A model generated the notes under the pieces. That model saw nothing but the letters and a program-made list of their open reading frames with translations. It was not told where the DNA came from and did not search any database. DNA of 63,611 nt, counting the filler, from Folioceros fuciformis (Eukaryota), in the NCBI GenBank assembly GCA_049999805.1. It is 9 parts of 9 records of this genome, joined end to end, with 100 filler letters (N's around TTAATTAATTAA, not from the genome) between each part and the next. Parts side by side here need not be neighbours in the genome. Positions count along the whole stretch, not along the records: positions 1 to 12,483 come from JBNGIO010005818.1; positions 12,584 to 19,436 come from JBNGIO010005819.1; 7 more parts are not named here. One strand, given 5' to 3'. The stretch's first letter is position 1, and each line of letters starts with the position of its first letter. The position numbers and the translations under genes are program-made. Below are positions 1 through 13,027 of the stretch, piece by piece.

Positions 1-587
1 AGGATAAGTACTCCAGGATATCGAACTCGAGGATTCACCACGAAGATGTGCAAACACAAATCCAACATACAATTGCACAATCTCACATAATCGCTGCAAA
101 CACTCAATCTCTTATTAATCTCTTGCGCTTCTGCGAGCTGGTAAGGTGATCACCTAATTCTGACTGCCCTGAACCATCAGCATCTGAATTTGTGGCTATC
201 TCGGATGTGACTAAGGGTTCTGCTGAATGTTTCTCAGGCAATGAAGTGTGAACATGATTCAAGATCGCGGCTTTGTCGGAGACAACACTCCTGGCATGAA
301 TATCTTCCTATTTTCAGGGTTGAATAATTTATACCCTTTTATTCCCTCTGAATAACCCACAAAAATGCATTTTTCAGCATTGGGTTGCAGCTTCTGTCGT
401 TTCTCCTTTGGTACAAACGCATAGGCTGGACTGCCGAATACCCGAAGGTGCAAGATTCTGGGTTTGTGACCTGTCCACCTCTCAAATGGAGTGCTTCCAG
501 GTACAGAGGTTGTAGGCAGTCTGTTTTTCACGTAGACTGCAGCTGCCACGGCTTCTGCCCAATATCCTAGTGACAGTCCTACTTGAG

Positions 588-1374
588 CTAAGGAGGCCTT
601 AGCCTGTTCCTAGAGCATGCCATTACTCCTCTCAACTATGGGATTCTGCTTTGACGTGTAGGAAATGGTAAGTTGTCTGGATATTCCCAATTCCCTACAC
701 AGCTGCTTGAATGAGTTTGACCCATACTCGCCTCCACCATCTGTCCTGAGTGTCTTCAGAAGATGAGAGGTTTGTTGTTGTGCATTTGCTAGGTAGTCCT
801 TAAAATACTCTAACGCTTGTGATTTCTTTGTGTGGAGGCAAAACCCCGGGCACTGATTGCCGACGGATTCCACCTTTAGTGGCCACACTTATCCCACTGT
901 CGTTGAGACATTGGGTTTCGTTCCCACGAAGGAGCGATGGGGTTCCTTGCTGCTGTGGATGGAGGGTCGGACTTGATCAACTCGATGATGGATTCGAGGG
1001 CTCCCCTCTAGCTCCGATCAGGCGTAGGACANNNNNNNNNNNNNNNNNNNNNNNNNNNNNNNNNNNNNNNNNNNNNNNNNNNNNNNNNNNNNNNNNNNNN
1101 NNNNNNNNNNNNNNNNNNNNNNNNNNNNNNNCTAAGGAGGCCTTAGCCTGTTCCTAGAGTATGCCATTACTCCTCTCAACTATGGGATTCTGCTTTGACG
1201 TGTAGGCAATGGTAAGTTGTCTGGATATTCCCAATTCCCTACACAGCTGCTTGAATGAGTTTGACCCATACTCGCCTCCACCATCTGTCCTGAGTGTCTT
1301 CAGAAGATGAGAGGTTTGTTGTTGTGCATTTGCTAGGTAGTCCTTAAAATACTCTAACGTTTGTGATTTCTTTG
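588..1374. repeat. 243-bp direct duplication (588-830 and 1132-1374) flanking a gap
   Basis: Direct comparison shows 3 substitutions; copy 1 is followed by R1, copy 2 continues into intact host sequence. Confidence 0.95.
831..1031 (-). mobile_element. R1 LTR terminus inserted in element A integrase
   Basis: TGTGGAGGCAAAACCCCGGG start recurs at 10706, 18080, 52530 (reverse complement) and 61093; strand inferred from TATA orientation in longer copies. Confidence 0.85.
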
Positions 1375-3947
1375 ACAGGAAGTATACTACCGTGAACCTA
1401 CTCCAATCATCAATGAAGGAGAGGAAATACCTAGCACCTCCAAAGGACTACTTTGACATGGGATCACACAAGTCTAAGTGAACCAACTCTAGTAGAGACT
1501 TAGCTCTAGTATGATTCTTATCTGTATGTGGCAACTTGTGATGTTTGCCATAGATACAGGGTTCACAAAATAATTTAGGCTGAGGCTGAAGCTTAAGGGG
1601 CTCCCTATACAGGTTCCCTGCTGCTGCTGCCTTCATTCTTCGCACATGAATGTGCCCAAGTTGATGATGCCAGAGTTTGAAGTTGGCAGCCTGCTCAGCC
1701 TGCATGAGGTGTGCAGCTGCGTGTATGCGTGAAGGTGTACACTCTAGTTTGTACAGGTCATTTGAAGGGTAAGCTATGGCCAGCAGCTGCCCATCTTGCT
1801 CTATGTGGCATTCATCAGGTTTGGACTCAAACAGAATACGAACCCTAGGCAATTCAACCTTCATCTTGGTTACTGACACCAGGTTTTTCACCATTCTAAG
1901 TACATGAAGGACATCTAGGAGCATGATCTCATGCCCAGATGGCAACCTAAGGGGGACTGAGCCTGTTCCAAGGATGGGCAGGGCTCTATCATCTCCTACA
2001 CGGGCTATTTGTCCACTTAGTGCAGGTTTATAGTCAATGAAGGCCTCATGCTGATTGCAGACATGGTGTGAAGCACCGAAATCCATGAACCAGCATCTCT
2101 TGTCCCCGTTTGAGGATATTAGACACGTTGCTAGGATGGTACCAGTTTTCTTGACTGTGGCAGTGTGTGATTCGGCATTGGAGGATCCTGCCCGCTTGGG
2201 CTCTCCAGCTGCCTTCTTGCGACAGTCACGCTCAAAGTGGCCTGGAATCTTGCACCAATTGCAAGTTCCCTTTTTCTTCAAACCGTACGGCTTAGACTCC
2301 GAGGTACGCTTCCCACCTTGCCTGCCGCTTGACATGCGAGGTCCCTTCCCCTTGGATGAGTATAAAGCTCAACTAGAGCTTCCTTCGTGTCTTCCTTCAT
2401 GCCTACTCCCATGTCAAGTGGCTTCTTCTTCTAACAGGACTCCAGTGAGGTTGCCTCCTCCAACTGCTCGCATGTTGTTGTTTTGCAAGGATACGAAGGT
2501 TCTGTAGCTGGAGGGTAGAGACATGAGCAGGGCTGTTGCAGCCTGTGTCTCGTCCAACTTGGTGCCACATGCTGCCAAACGTGCTCTAAGAGCTCGAAAT
2601 TTGTTTAGGTGCGCTTCAATCGGCTCATGTTCCTTCATCTTGAGATGCTAGAACGCCTTGGTTGAATTAACCATTGACGTAGAGTTCTTGGTTTGGAACA
2701 TCTGGTCGAAGGTTGACCACATTTCTGCAGTTGTGTCAAGCCCTTGCACGTGGTGCAACATGTTGTTGTCAAGGCCTGCGACTAATATGCTCTGAGCTCG
2801 GCGATCAGCCTTGGCCCAAGCCTCGATGTCAGCAGGTGGGGAACCAACTGGTGGCTTCACAATTGTTCCCAAGACAATATCCAGCAAGTCCTACTCTTCA
2901 AGAATGGTACGCAAGCAAATTGTCCAAATTTCGTACTCGCTGCCATTGAAGCGATCACGGTCCTTGAAATCAACCTTGAAATGTGTGATGGTTGTGTGTG
3001 CAGGTACTTGGGGCGCCTGACCACCACCACCACCACCACTGCCTCCTCCTCCTCCACCGCCTGGTGCTCCAAACATGTTCGGTGCTGACTGAGGCTTAGG
3101 AGTTGTTCTTAACGGGATCTTGAGGAGCCTTGGTCGTTGCGGAGGTGTTTGTGGTGCAGATGAGGTTGAAGACCCTCCTTCTGACGAAGGTGGGCGAGAG
3201 ACCATAACCTAAGTGCTCCTACAGGTCAGAGGGTGACCCATTTGCAAATGCAGGTTTAGTCTTTCTAAGTAGCAGGTCTAGAGAAATGAGGATGTCTAGC
3301 AAGCCACGTACCTTCCTATCCAAGAAATCTAACTTGCGAGAAATTGTCACAAGCAGGTTTGTTGCATCTCTCACTCTGTCCGCAGAGATACTCTTTGATT
3401 TATGCTGTAATTTTGTATGGGCTTGTCCTTGCCAACTGAGAGATTGCAAGATAGCTAAGAGTTGAGGGTGCATGTGTCTATGTGTTTTTGGTTTTCTATA
3501 AGGATGCCTAATGCAGCCTGTGAAAGAATTCCGAGACTGGGTGGTGTCCTAGCCGTAGCCAAAACCTGGATGGCTGCCCACAAATGTATGATTTGACGGA
3601 CAGCGCGTGTGAGCACGAAGGCTACTCATGTAAGCTGCGCACAGCCTCGCTCAGGCGTTCCAACCAACAGTGTCTTCCCCGACGCTTCTCCGGTAAGGAC
3701 TCGAATTCTCCTCAACAGAGTGTAAGGCAACAATTGGTGCTGACTAGAACTTGGCTGTTTCCAGGAGCGCTGATTTTGGTGTTGTTGATTACAACCTTGT
3801 CGAGGCATCTTGAGGTCCTCCAAGGGCGGGGTGATCTCTCCTAGGCGCCAGTTTCCTGGTTTGCACTACTTGGAGGCATGCTGCAAATGTGGTGCATTCT
3901 CCAAGGCTAAAATCAGAAATGTAGTGCAATACAGGTAGATGCGACAT

Positions 3948-3959
3948 GCTCTAATACCA
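3948..3959 (-). promoter_or_regulatory. Primer-binding site (tRNA-iMet), one mismatch
   Basis: Minus strand TGGTATTAGAGC versus the canonical TGGTATCAGAGC. Confidence 0.85.
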
Positions 3960-4196
3960 TAACGTTGTACGGCGCGTAGGAGATAGGTTGATCAAGAGCA
4001 TAAAAGAATGATTGATTAGAGCTGACGCGAGCGGTGCGTTCAAGGCCGGCAGGCCTATCCAGACGACGGGACACGACCACTGCCCTAACCGACACGACCG
4101 GTGTCGGTTAGGTGGTGACGGTTAGCTAGGTTTTTAGCATGCGGCTATTTAAATGCATTAAGGGCTAAACCCTATATGCCCGCGACATAAAACACA

Positions 4197-4665
4197 TCTG
4201 GACTATCTCCCCCATCTTGTGAGCAAAAGCAGCAAGTTCTGCAATTTTCTCTAGGGTCTTTAGCGGGAATGCCTTCTCTAATGTGTCCAAGAAATCTTGC
4301 ACAAGGTTGGTATGCTTGGGGGTATGAATGTACTCATCCATCCCTTCTGTGGCCGTCACCCTCTCAGCTGGAGCGAGGTAGGTGATTGATGGTGGCTAAA
4401 CAGTAGGAGTAATCGTGCCTGCAGCAATAGCCGCCTGTTGGGTTGTAACTTTCGCTGCCAACTTGGCATTGTAAGCCATCTGAAGCGCGCTCTGATAAAT
4501 CGGATTGAGTGTGGCCACAGTTGAACTGAGCTCTGCTTGATGCAGCTCTTGAAGGTCCAATGCCTCATCTGCCAAGTAGTTTGACAATTGCTCAAACATA
4601 TACTGATGGTTGTACGCAATGCCATGCTTGAATTTTACCCGACTCAGCAGCCTAAGCAGCTGCAA
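4197..4665 (-). pseudogene. Possible retrotransposon Gag-like remnant interrupted by element A
   Basis: DFLDTLEKAFPLKT..EL..F....GE pattern resembles Ty3/gypsy capsid; weak. Confidence 0.4.
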
Positions 4666-5011
4666 GAAAGTGTGCTAACCCTAGCTTGGCAGCAGGGAAC
4701 GAATTGACAGGAAATCTCACAGGAGCTTTGTTTGGAAAATTCCTTAGGAACTTATTTTAGCAAAATCTGCAGGAGGCCATAAGTTATTTCGACTAGAGGC
4801 CGTGAGCAGACCATCAAGAGTCTGTAAGGACACGGAGCATGAGACAATCTGGTTCACGCAAGGCAGCGTGATTCCGCACCAAATTGCTCTCAGGAAGCAG
4901 AGACTTAAGGTCTTGTGAGTAAAACTCCAGTCACAAGCAGTCTGGTTCTTGCAGGCATTTATCAGGTGTGAGTACTCAAGGATTGAGTGTCAACCTTGAG
5001 TGGTGGCAGGA

Positions 5012-7871
5012 ATGGCCAGTGACAGTATTAACCAGATCATGTAGGAGAAGCTGGACAGAAACAACTTCCATGCCTGGAAGTTTCATTTTACAAAATTTCT
5101 TATGGGAAAGGGGTATTGGGACTACATTGAGGGGGAGCATGAAAAATCCCCTGTAGTACTTGAACGAAATGCAACAGCGCAGTAGATTAAAGGCGTTGAA
5201 GGATTGGAGTCAAGGATCTCGGACGGTCATGTATTGGCTGTCAATCAGCATTCATGACACCATGATTGGCCACATAGAGGATGCAGATTTGCCCAAAGAA
5301 GCATGGGATGAGCTAGTAAAACTCTATGAGACCATCACGAAGGCGAGAAAATTGTAGTTAAAGAATGACTTCAACACAGTTATGAAGAAGAACTTGACAA
5401 TCAATGTGTGCGCGTTAAAGATCAAAGGGATAGTGGAATCCCTTGTGTCAATTGGTGTCAGCGTGGAAGATGATGACAAGGTCAAATTTTGCTTGCACGA
5501 GTTAACACCTGCCTATAAGTAGTTCAAGACTTCCATATAGACTCGGGAAAACATTCCCAATTTCTCAGACCTGATTTCTATGTTGATCATAGAGGAGAAA
5601 AACCTAGGCGAGGAATCATCCTCTAAGCCTAAGGAAAACGCTGAGCAGGCCTTCTAATCTGGCAGAGGGAGAGATAGAGCCCAAGGTGGCAAGGGGCAAA
5701 GAGGTGGTAGAGGTAGAAATTCCTACCAAAATCAGCAACAGAATTAGGAGTCCCAGTACAAGAGTACATATGGAAGAGGAGAAAATTCTCGAGGCTGAGG
5801 GAGTCAAAGAAGACGTGGAAATCAACAACAAAATGATGCAAATGCAAACAATAGTGGTTGCTAGACTTGTGGTAGGTTAGACCACTTTGAAAGAGATTGT
5901 CCACGAAGAAATCAAGGCAACAAGAGGCAGCAAAACAATTATGCCTCTAGTAGCAATCAGAATGACTTAGACAACTTGTTTGTCATGCAACAGATGCTTA
6001 ACTGTGTGTCTGCTAATGGATCCAACAATGGTGAGATTGTGTGGTATGTGGACTCAGGAGCTTCGAACCACATGACATACCATGGGGAGTGGTTCAAAGA
6101 AATGCAGGTGCTTGACAAACTTGGATATGTGGAAACTGGAGATGACACAACACATGCAATTGTGCTTACAGGAACTGTACCTCAGAAGATGCAGGATGGC
6201 AAAGTGGAGTGCTCAGTAGATGTTCTTCACGTACCCAACATCACAAACAACTTGGTGTCGGTTGGGCAGATGGTGAGCAAGGACTGCAAGTTAGGTTTAC
6301 ACCTGCAGGACTCTTCGTTGAAGAGTGCAAGAAAGGTGGTCACCTAATTGCTCAAGGACAGAAGGTTGGACGGATGTTCACCTTGAACGTGGAGGTTCCT
6401 AAGCTGAAGTCAGCCATGTTTGCAAAGGGTACAAGGGTAGTGACAGACCTAGAGATGTGGCACAAACGCATTGGACATGTAAATGTGCAGAAGTTGAAGT
6501 CCATATAACATTAGAAGGTTGTCACAGCCATAACCAATTACAACAAATGGACTGCAAGGTGTATGTGAAGCATGTCAACTTGGGAAACAGCCCAGGAATG
6601 CGTTCCCCCATGACAAACATGTCAGCAGACATGTGTTGGATGTTGTGCATTCAGATGTATGGGGTCCTACACAGACTGCATCAATCGGAGGATGCAAGTA
6701 CTGTGTGACCTTCATTGACGACCACACAAGGAACGTGTGGGTCTATTTCATGAAAGAAAAGAGTGAAGTGATCACTCATTTTCATACTTTCAAGGCAATG
6801 GTTGAGAAGCAGACAGGTAAGCACATCAAATGCCTAAGATCTGATGGAGGGGGAGAGTACTTCTCCAGAGCGTTAGCAAACTCTTATACGAACAGGGAAT
6901 TCAACGGCAGTACTCATGTTGTTATACGCCACAACAAAATGGAGTTGCAGAGTGCAAGAACAGGCACATAGCAGAAGGGCGAGAGCATTGATGACAGAGA
7001 AGAAGATGCCTCACTACTATTGGGCTGAAGCTGTAAACACAATAGTGTACATCATGAACAGAACTCCCACAACAGCGGTGCATAGTGTAACACCGGAGGA
7101 GAAGTTTAAAGGGAAGAAACCCAACTTGTCACACTTAAAGGTATTTGGTTGCATTGCTTATGTCCATATTTCGGATGAGTTGCGGACTAGGCTTGATCCA
7201 AACGCAGAAAAGTGTGTCTTCATTGGTTATTCTGTTACACAAAAAGGATACAGGTGCTACAATCCCAATACACGAACTATGAGAGTAAGCAGAGACGTAG
7301 TCTTTGATGAAATGGCTAGCTGGTACTTTGAAGTACAAGCAAGTAGTGTAGCTGATGTGCATGAAACTGAGGTAACAAGCAATGCAGGTCAACAATCACA
7401 AGTGTTGAGTGGACTGCAAGCGTCATCAAACTCGACAAATGTTCAGAATCCATGGAGTGGCAGGTTGCGAGGTAGTGTGAGCCCTGCGAGCTCCACAGCT
7501 GTGTCTCGCAAAGGGAAGGAAAAAGTCTAGGATTCAAAGATATCAGACCTGAGTGCAGGTGCAGATGATTCAAGCGACTCAAAGCAGAGCTTGGATGAGG
7601 AATTCGGTGTACCAAAAATCAAAACACCCGGTGCAAAAGAGGTTTAATCAGCCCCTGGAAGTGATTCAATCCCACGGAGATCTGGAAGGCAAAAGGTTCC
7701 AATACAGCGGTTGACCTATGATAGCTATGTAGCGTGCCTATATGGCAAAGTTTGTGTAGGATGTGGAACCAAGAAGCTTTGAAGAAGCTATTGGAGACAC
7801 AAAGTGGGAACATGCCATGGATGAAGAAATGAATGCATTAGATCAGAATGCAACATGGGACCTAGTACAAC
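5012..7871 (+). pseudogene. Ty1/copia element B gag-pol, degenerate, cut at the RT start by element C
   Basis: WYVDSGASNHM, MWHKRIGH, VHSDVWGP, LRSDGGGEY, KCVFIGYS; many stops and frameshifts; no LTR or PBS seen. Confidence 0.9.
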
Positions 7872-8121
7872 TGTTAGAAATCAAGCTCTAACTGAATTAT
7901 TATTAAGAGCATACAACACTTAGGATAGTGTAGATTATCCTATATTGAACTTGTAGTTATCTACAACCTAAGTGTTATCAGGATATACCAAGATATTTCA
8001 CCCTCGAGACTAAGGCTTACCTTATTAAGGGTTGCCCCACTTGAAGGCTATATATGTAGCATCTTGTGCACCATAAGAATGTATTGTGGAGTCCATCTAC
8101 GCTAGTGGCGCTATTTCAACA
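7872..8121 (+). repeat. 5' LTR of copia element C (250 bp)
   Basis: TGTTAGAAAT...ATTTCAACA inverted termini, TATATAT near 8049, immediately followed by a PBS. Confidence 0.85.
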
Positions 8122-8135
8122 TGGTATCAGAGCCA
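8122..8135 (+). promoter_or_regulatory. Primer-binding site (tRNA-iMet)
   Basis: TGGTATCAGAGCCA. Confidence 0.95.
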
Positions 8136-8686
8136 GAGAGAGCGCCGGCAGCCATGGTGGCTATGGCGGGGGTTTGAGGCTATGGCTGTGAGCGTGAAGG
8201 TGGTTGGCAACGCAAGCCATTGAGAGGCACAGGAGGCACAGCAGCGTAGGTGGCGTGGGAAGCCGCGACAGGCGCCAAGAGCGCGCGAGAGGCACGAGAG
8301 GGAGAGAGACTCACGAGGAGCAGCAACTAATGGAGGCAACCAGGCCGTGGAAGCCAAAGCAGGCCCAGGATTTGCGAGGAGGAAGGCCTGAACTTGGCAA
8401 ACAGTGTTATGTTTTTTGAAAGCTTGAGCAAAGGCTGTTTTTTGCTTAGTGAAGATTCAGTCAGCTGCACATTCAGGAATTGGTGAGATCTGATTGAGGC
8501 TTGTGGAGTGTAGGAGCTCTACAATAGTGCAAGGAGTTGCACTCAAGATTGTCAAAAACATCTGTTGGAAGACGCATGAAAGTGTTTTGACAATCTGTCC
8601 ACAAGGGACTTGGTGGCACAACAAGCAAGAGAAGGCAATTGAACTTAGGTGCAGGACAAGTGTTGGTGCGTAAAGGAGCCTGAATC

Positions 8687-10705
8687 ATGGCTAACGTGCA
8701 GGGATCAGACAATATCTCTCAGGTTGTGGGAGAGAAGTTGGATAACAAGAATTTTGCTTTGTGGAATTTCAAGATGAAGAACTTCTTGGTAGGTAGAGGC
8801 TATTGGGACCTCGGCACAGGTGATGAGAGTGAACCGAAGATGGATCGTACTCCATCACAAGAGCAAAAGACTACTCACAAGCATTGGACTGAGAGAGCAT
8901 GTAAAGTGTTACACTGGCTCTCCTTAAGTATTTCAGATGCTATGGTCATACAGATCACGGGATGTTAGTCTCCAAAGGACGCATGGGACATACTCATGAG
9001 GAACTATGGGAATGTCACACATGCTAGGAAAATTCAGTTGAAGCAGCAGTTCAACAACTTGTCACAAGGTAGCATATCTATACTCGTATATACAATAGAG
9101 GTGAAGACCATAGCTGATCAGCTTGCTACAATCGATGCAAGTGTGAAGATGACATGGTTGCATTCACTTGCATCGTTCATTTTGCATCGTACTTGCATTT
9201 ACTCTGAACGGACTTGGCAAGGAATACAAGTGTCCTTTGACACATCAATCTCTATGAGAGCTGAGTCCCCAAGTTGGGATGAATTGGTTGCTTTGTTGCT
9301 GCATGAGAAAGTTAAGCTTGGTCTGAACACAGGTTCATGTATGTCTCAAGGGAGAGACACTGTTTTGTTTTCTAACCAGCGTGGGAGAGGCCACAAAGGT
9401 CGTGGTTCATTCCAAGGACATGATGATGCTCAGAACACGCAGAATCAGCAAGACAATTGGCTTGGAGGAAATGCGCAAGGCCAAAGAGGATATGGAAGTT
9501 TTAGAGGCGTAGGTAGAGCCACAAGAGGAAGAGGTGGTTCTTTTCAATCTCATGACCATTCCAATAGAGACAAGGAGTGTTACTACTGTGGAAAGGTTGG
9601 TCATATTGCTAAGGATTGCTATAAGCAGCAAGCAGACATGAGAGGAAAAGGAAGGCAGCATGAGAGCTATGCCTTCTCTAGTAATGTTGGAAATGACCAT
9701 GATAGGTTGTTTGCCATGCAACATCTCTCTAAACAGGATGGGTAGAATGATGAGAGATGGTACATTGATTCAGGAGCATCAAACCACATGACTCCGCATG
9801 GCGAGTGGTTTAACAAGATGGATGCAGGTCCCCATGCTTATGTGTGTACAGGAGATGACACACAACATGACATAAAGCATAGAGGAATTGTTCCTCTTAG
9901 GATGCCGAATGGTCAGCAGAAGAGTCTACAAGATGTGTTGCATATTCCAACCATTACGAAGAACCTGTTGTCTGTTGGATAGATGGCTGAACAAAATCTG
10001 CAGGTTCGATTCAATAAAGATGGATGCTTTATTGAAGAATATGATAGAGGGCGCAAACTGATTGCTAAAGGGAGTAGGAATGGACGGATGTTCACTTTGG
10101 ATGCATCCATTCCAGAGCTAAATGCAGCAATGTTTGCAAATGATGCAGATGCCATACGTGATGTTGAAATATGGCATAAGAGGATTGGGCATGTGAACAT
10201 AGAGAAGTTGAAATCCATGCAACAGAAAATCGTGGTGGAAGGATTGCCCAAGTTCAAGTATGCTGATCTTGGTCATGTGTGTTCTGCATGTCAATTTGGA
10301 AAACAGTCAAGGTTTCCATTTGTGCGACACGTGCAGAACGGCTCAAGACTTTTGCAATTGATACACTATGATGTATGGAGTCCTTCACAGAATGCATCGT
10401 TTAGAGGAGCCCACTACTATGTCTCCTTCATTGATGATTTCAGCAGGTACACGTGGCTGTACATACTGAAGCATAAGGATGAAGTGTTCGAGACCTTCAA
10501 GGACTTCAAAAAGCATGATGAAAATGAATTCAGGTGCTCCATCTCTTGTCTAAGATCAGATGGAGGGGGAGAATGTCTCAAATGAGTTTGACAGGTATCT
10601 TGTAGATCATGGTATACGAAGACAGCTGACTTGCAGATACACTCCACAGTAGAATGGTGTTGCAGAGAGGAAGAACAAGGTAGTCATGGAAACAGTAAGG
10701 GCAAT
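8687..10705 (+). pseudogene. copia element C gag-PR-IN, degenerate, interrupted by R1
   Basis: EKLDNKNFALW gag, CYYCGKVGHIAKDC, WYIDSGASNHM, IWHKRIGH, LRSDGGGE; related to B. Confidence 0.9.
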
Positions 10706-12483
10706 TGTGGAGGCAAAACCCCGGGCACTGATTGCCGACGGATTCCACCTTTAGTGGCCACACTTATCCCACTGTCGTTGAGACATTGGGTTTCGTTCCC
10801 ACGAAGGAGCGATGGGGTTCCTTGCTGCTGTGGATGGAGGGTCGGACTTGATCAACTCGATGATGGATTCGAGGGCTCCCCTCCAGCTCCGATCAGGCGT
10901 AGGACAGGCCTCGCTGTCCGGCGGTCAGCTGCACCTCTCTCGGTGCCCACAAACTCACTCCAGTCACNNNNNNNNNNNNNNNNNNNNNNNNNNNNNNNNN
11001 NNNNNNNNNNNNNNNNNNNNNNNNNNNNNNNNNNNNNNNNNNNNNNNNNNNNNNNNNNNNNNNNNNNGCTCCCCTCCAGCTCCGATTAGGCGTAGGACAG
11101 GCCTCGCTGTCCGGCGGTCAGCTGCAGCTCTCTCCACAAACTCACTCACAAACTCACTCTCCACAAACTCACTCCAGCCACTACAACGACTCTAACCTCT
11201 CAGATCTGCGACTTCCTTCACTCACTTCACTCACTCTCTCGCTCCAGCACCAACACCAACAACTACCAGCAACCAGCAACGACACCACTACCTTCTACAC
11301 TTCCCTACGGACTCCTCCTACCCGGCAAGAGTCACTAGACTAACCCCAAACAAAAGGAAGAAGGGAACACACTCCCCTCTTGGGTATCTCCTCCCCACAA
11401 CCTTACCAGACGCCATGAGACATGGCCGGCTTACAGCACTTGACCAAGCAAGGAACAAGAGTGGACAGGTTGAGAGAAAGACACACCCTTTACAATCAAG
11501 AGCTAGGGGCAAGCCCCTACACCCTGGTCATTACACCTTGTGATCCTACCAGACACTATACAACCGGCAACACGCTGCCCGCGATCCTACCAGACACTGT
11601 ACAGCCGGCAACACGCTGCCTGCGATCCTACCAGACTCTGTACAGCCGGCAACACACGGCTTGCGATCCTACCAGACGTTGCACAGCTGGCAACACACTG
11701 CAGGTCCTAGACCAAGCGGGGACAAACCACAATAGCTCATGAAGAGAGGACCTCCAAGAGCTCACAAAGAGATAGACTGACTCCCAAAAGTGAATGACTC
11801 CCTCCTCCTACAGGCTCACCTGATCTTATAGGAGCCTCTCTCTCTCTCTGACTTCACCTCTCTCTAACTTGAGAAATATTATTTTAATAGCCTAGCCGGC
11901 TGTCNNNNNNNNNNNNNNNNNNNNNNNNNNNNNNNNNNNNNNNNNNNNNNNNNNNNNNNNNNNNNNNNNNNNNNNNNNNNNNNNNNNNNNNNNNNNNNNN
12001 NNNNCAAGGATCTACCACCTCTTAGACTATCCACAGACTTCCGAGGATGTCTGATCTTGAAAGATCTGCGGACGCCGCCTCTTCCTTGCTGGATGGTCGC
12101 CCGCTAAGTCTTCCCCTGCAACTGTTCACCCTTGGTGGTTGAGCCAGCCTCTAGGGAAGGAGCATGAGCAATGGGAAAGATAGAGAAGAGGTGGGAAGGA
12201 GTGGGATCAGCAGCCGGAACCTAGCCTGAAAACGGTAGCTTATTCAGCGGGATCAGCTCCCAGCCGAAATGGTTCCTCGGCCATGGAAGACTGACCCTAG
12301 GGTGCTGGGGAAGGCCCTGAACTAAGAGGAAAAGAAAGCAGGTGAAACGGAGTTGAAATGGAATTTCTGGAATTAAATCCAGAAAAATAGGGAAGAAAAT
12401 AGGAAAATAAAAAGAAAAGGAATACGGGGGTACGTATACGGTATACGTATTAATACGTATTAAATACATATCTAAACCGTATA
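10706..12483 (-). mobile_element. R1 large LTR (>1.5 kb, gapped, ends at scaffold end)
   Basis: Starts TGTGG; colinear with 18080-19436 and with the reverse complement of 51168-52530; internal 41-bp tandem array. Confidence 0.85.
11541..11703. repeat. 41-bp tandem repeat x4 in R1
   Basis: Unit GCGATCCTACCAGACACTGTACAGCCGGCAACACGCTGCCT. Confidence 0.9.
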
Positions 12484-12583
12484 NNNNNNNNNNNNNNNNN
12501 NNNNNNNNNNNNNNNNNNNNNNNNNNNTTAATTAATTAANNNNNNNNNNNNNNNNNNNNNNNNNNNNNNNNNNNNNNNNNNNN
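12484..12583. other. Artificial scaffold-joining spacer N44-TTAATTAATTAA-N44 (also 19437-19536, 35350-35449, 38895-38994, 45205-45304, 47872-47971, 51068-51167, 61353-61452)
   Basis: Identical 12-mer with stops in all six frames centred in 100-bp N blocks. Confidence 0.97.
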
Positions 12584-13027
12584 CAAAGGGCTCCTTGGGA
12601 ATTTGACTGAACCGAAGGTGACGATCTGGGTTTCCTCAGCTACATGAGACGGAACTAGAAAGCTCAAATGCTCACTGGTATTAGAATCAAATTCGCAAGA
12701 TGGCAATTCAGTATTCACAGGACTGGCGGAAGCAGACTGTTTTGGGATTTTCGGCTTCACGTTGCAGGCGCGGAGCGCTGAGGTCCCTCCCATGGAATTG
12801 TTCTTGCAGACTGACTCCTTCCCGTGATGCTGAGTGTCACTAGCGGCGCCTCCTTCACTCTGAAGCAGCTTAGGTTTCTTACCTGCCTGCTCTTTGCCTT
12901 TGCTGGAATCCCGCGAGGTCTTCTTTGTCTCGCAGGCAGCTGCTCCAGTGGCGGCGAATCGGCCTAGGGCATCCCGATTCTGGCATCGGCGCTTAGACGG
13001 GGAAGCATCATCAGCTGTGGAATCCAT
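12584..13027 (-). CDS. Unidentified low-complexity ORF truncated by the scaffold end
   Basis: ATG-initiated ORF of 148+ codons with a basic PSKRR motif; no recognised domain. Confidence 0.25.

Larger units (their letters stand above)
1..3205 (-). pseudogene. copia gag-pol of element A, interrupted by in-frame stops
   Basis: ORFs 2891-3205, 2648-2887, 2414-2638, 1448-2335, 610-830 and 259-549 are successive polyprotein pieces colinear with the intact ORF 39556-44157. Confidence 0.9.
1..4194 (-). mobile_element. Ty1/copia element A: putative 5' LTR ~3960-4194, PBS, degenerate upstream ORF, gag-pol with stops; runs off the window after integrase
   Basis: Gag (KVDFKDRDRFNG), zinc knuckle CNWCKIPGHFERDC, protease WFMDFGASHH, LWHHQLGH, integrase LRTDGGGEY in copia order. 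The LTR start is approximate. Confidence 0.9.

Noticed and set aside
10875-11170. Duplicated R1 segment around the gap at 10968-11067
   Set aside because: Absent from ungapped R1 copies; most likely overlapping contig ends.
11541-11703. 41-bp array as a CRISPR-like array
   Set aside because: Head-to-tail units without unique spacers, inside a eukaryotic LTR, no cas genes.
12528-12539. Recurrent TTAATTAATTAA palindrome
   Set aside because: Technical six-frame-stop linker centred in N blocks; adjacency across it has no biological meaning.
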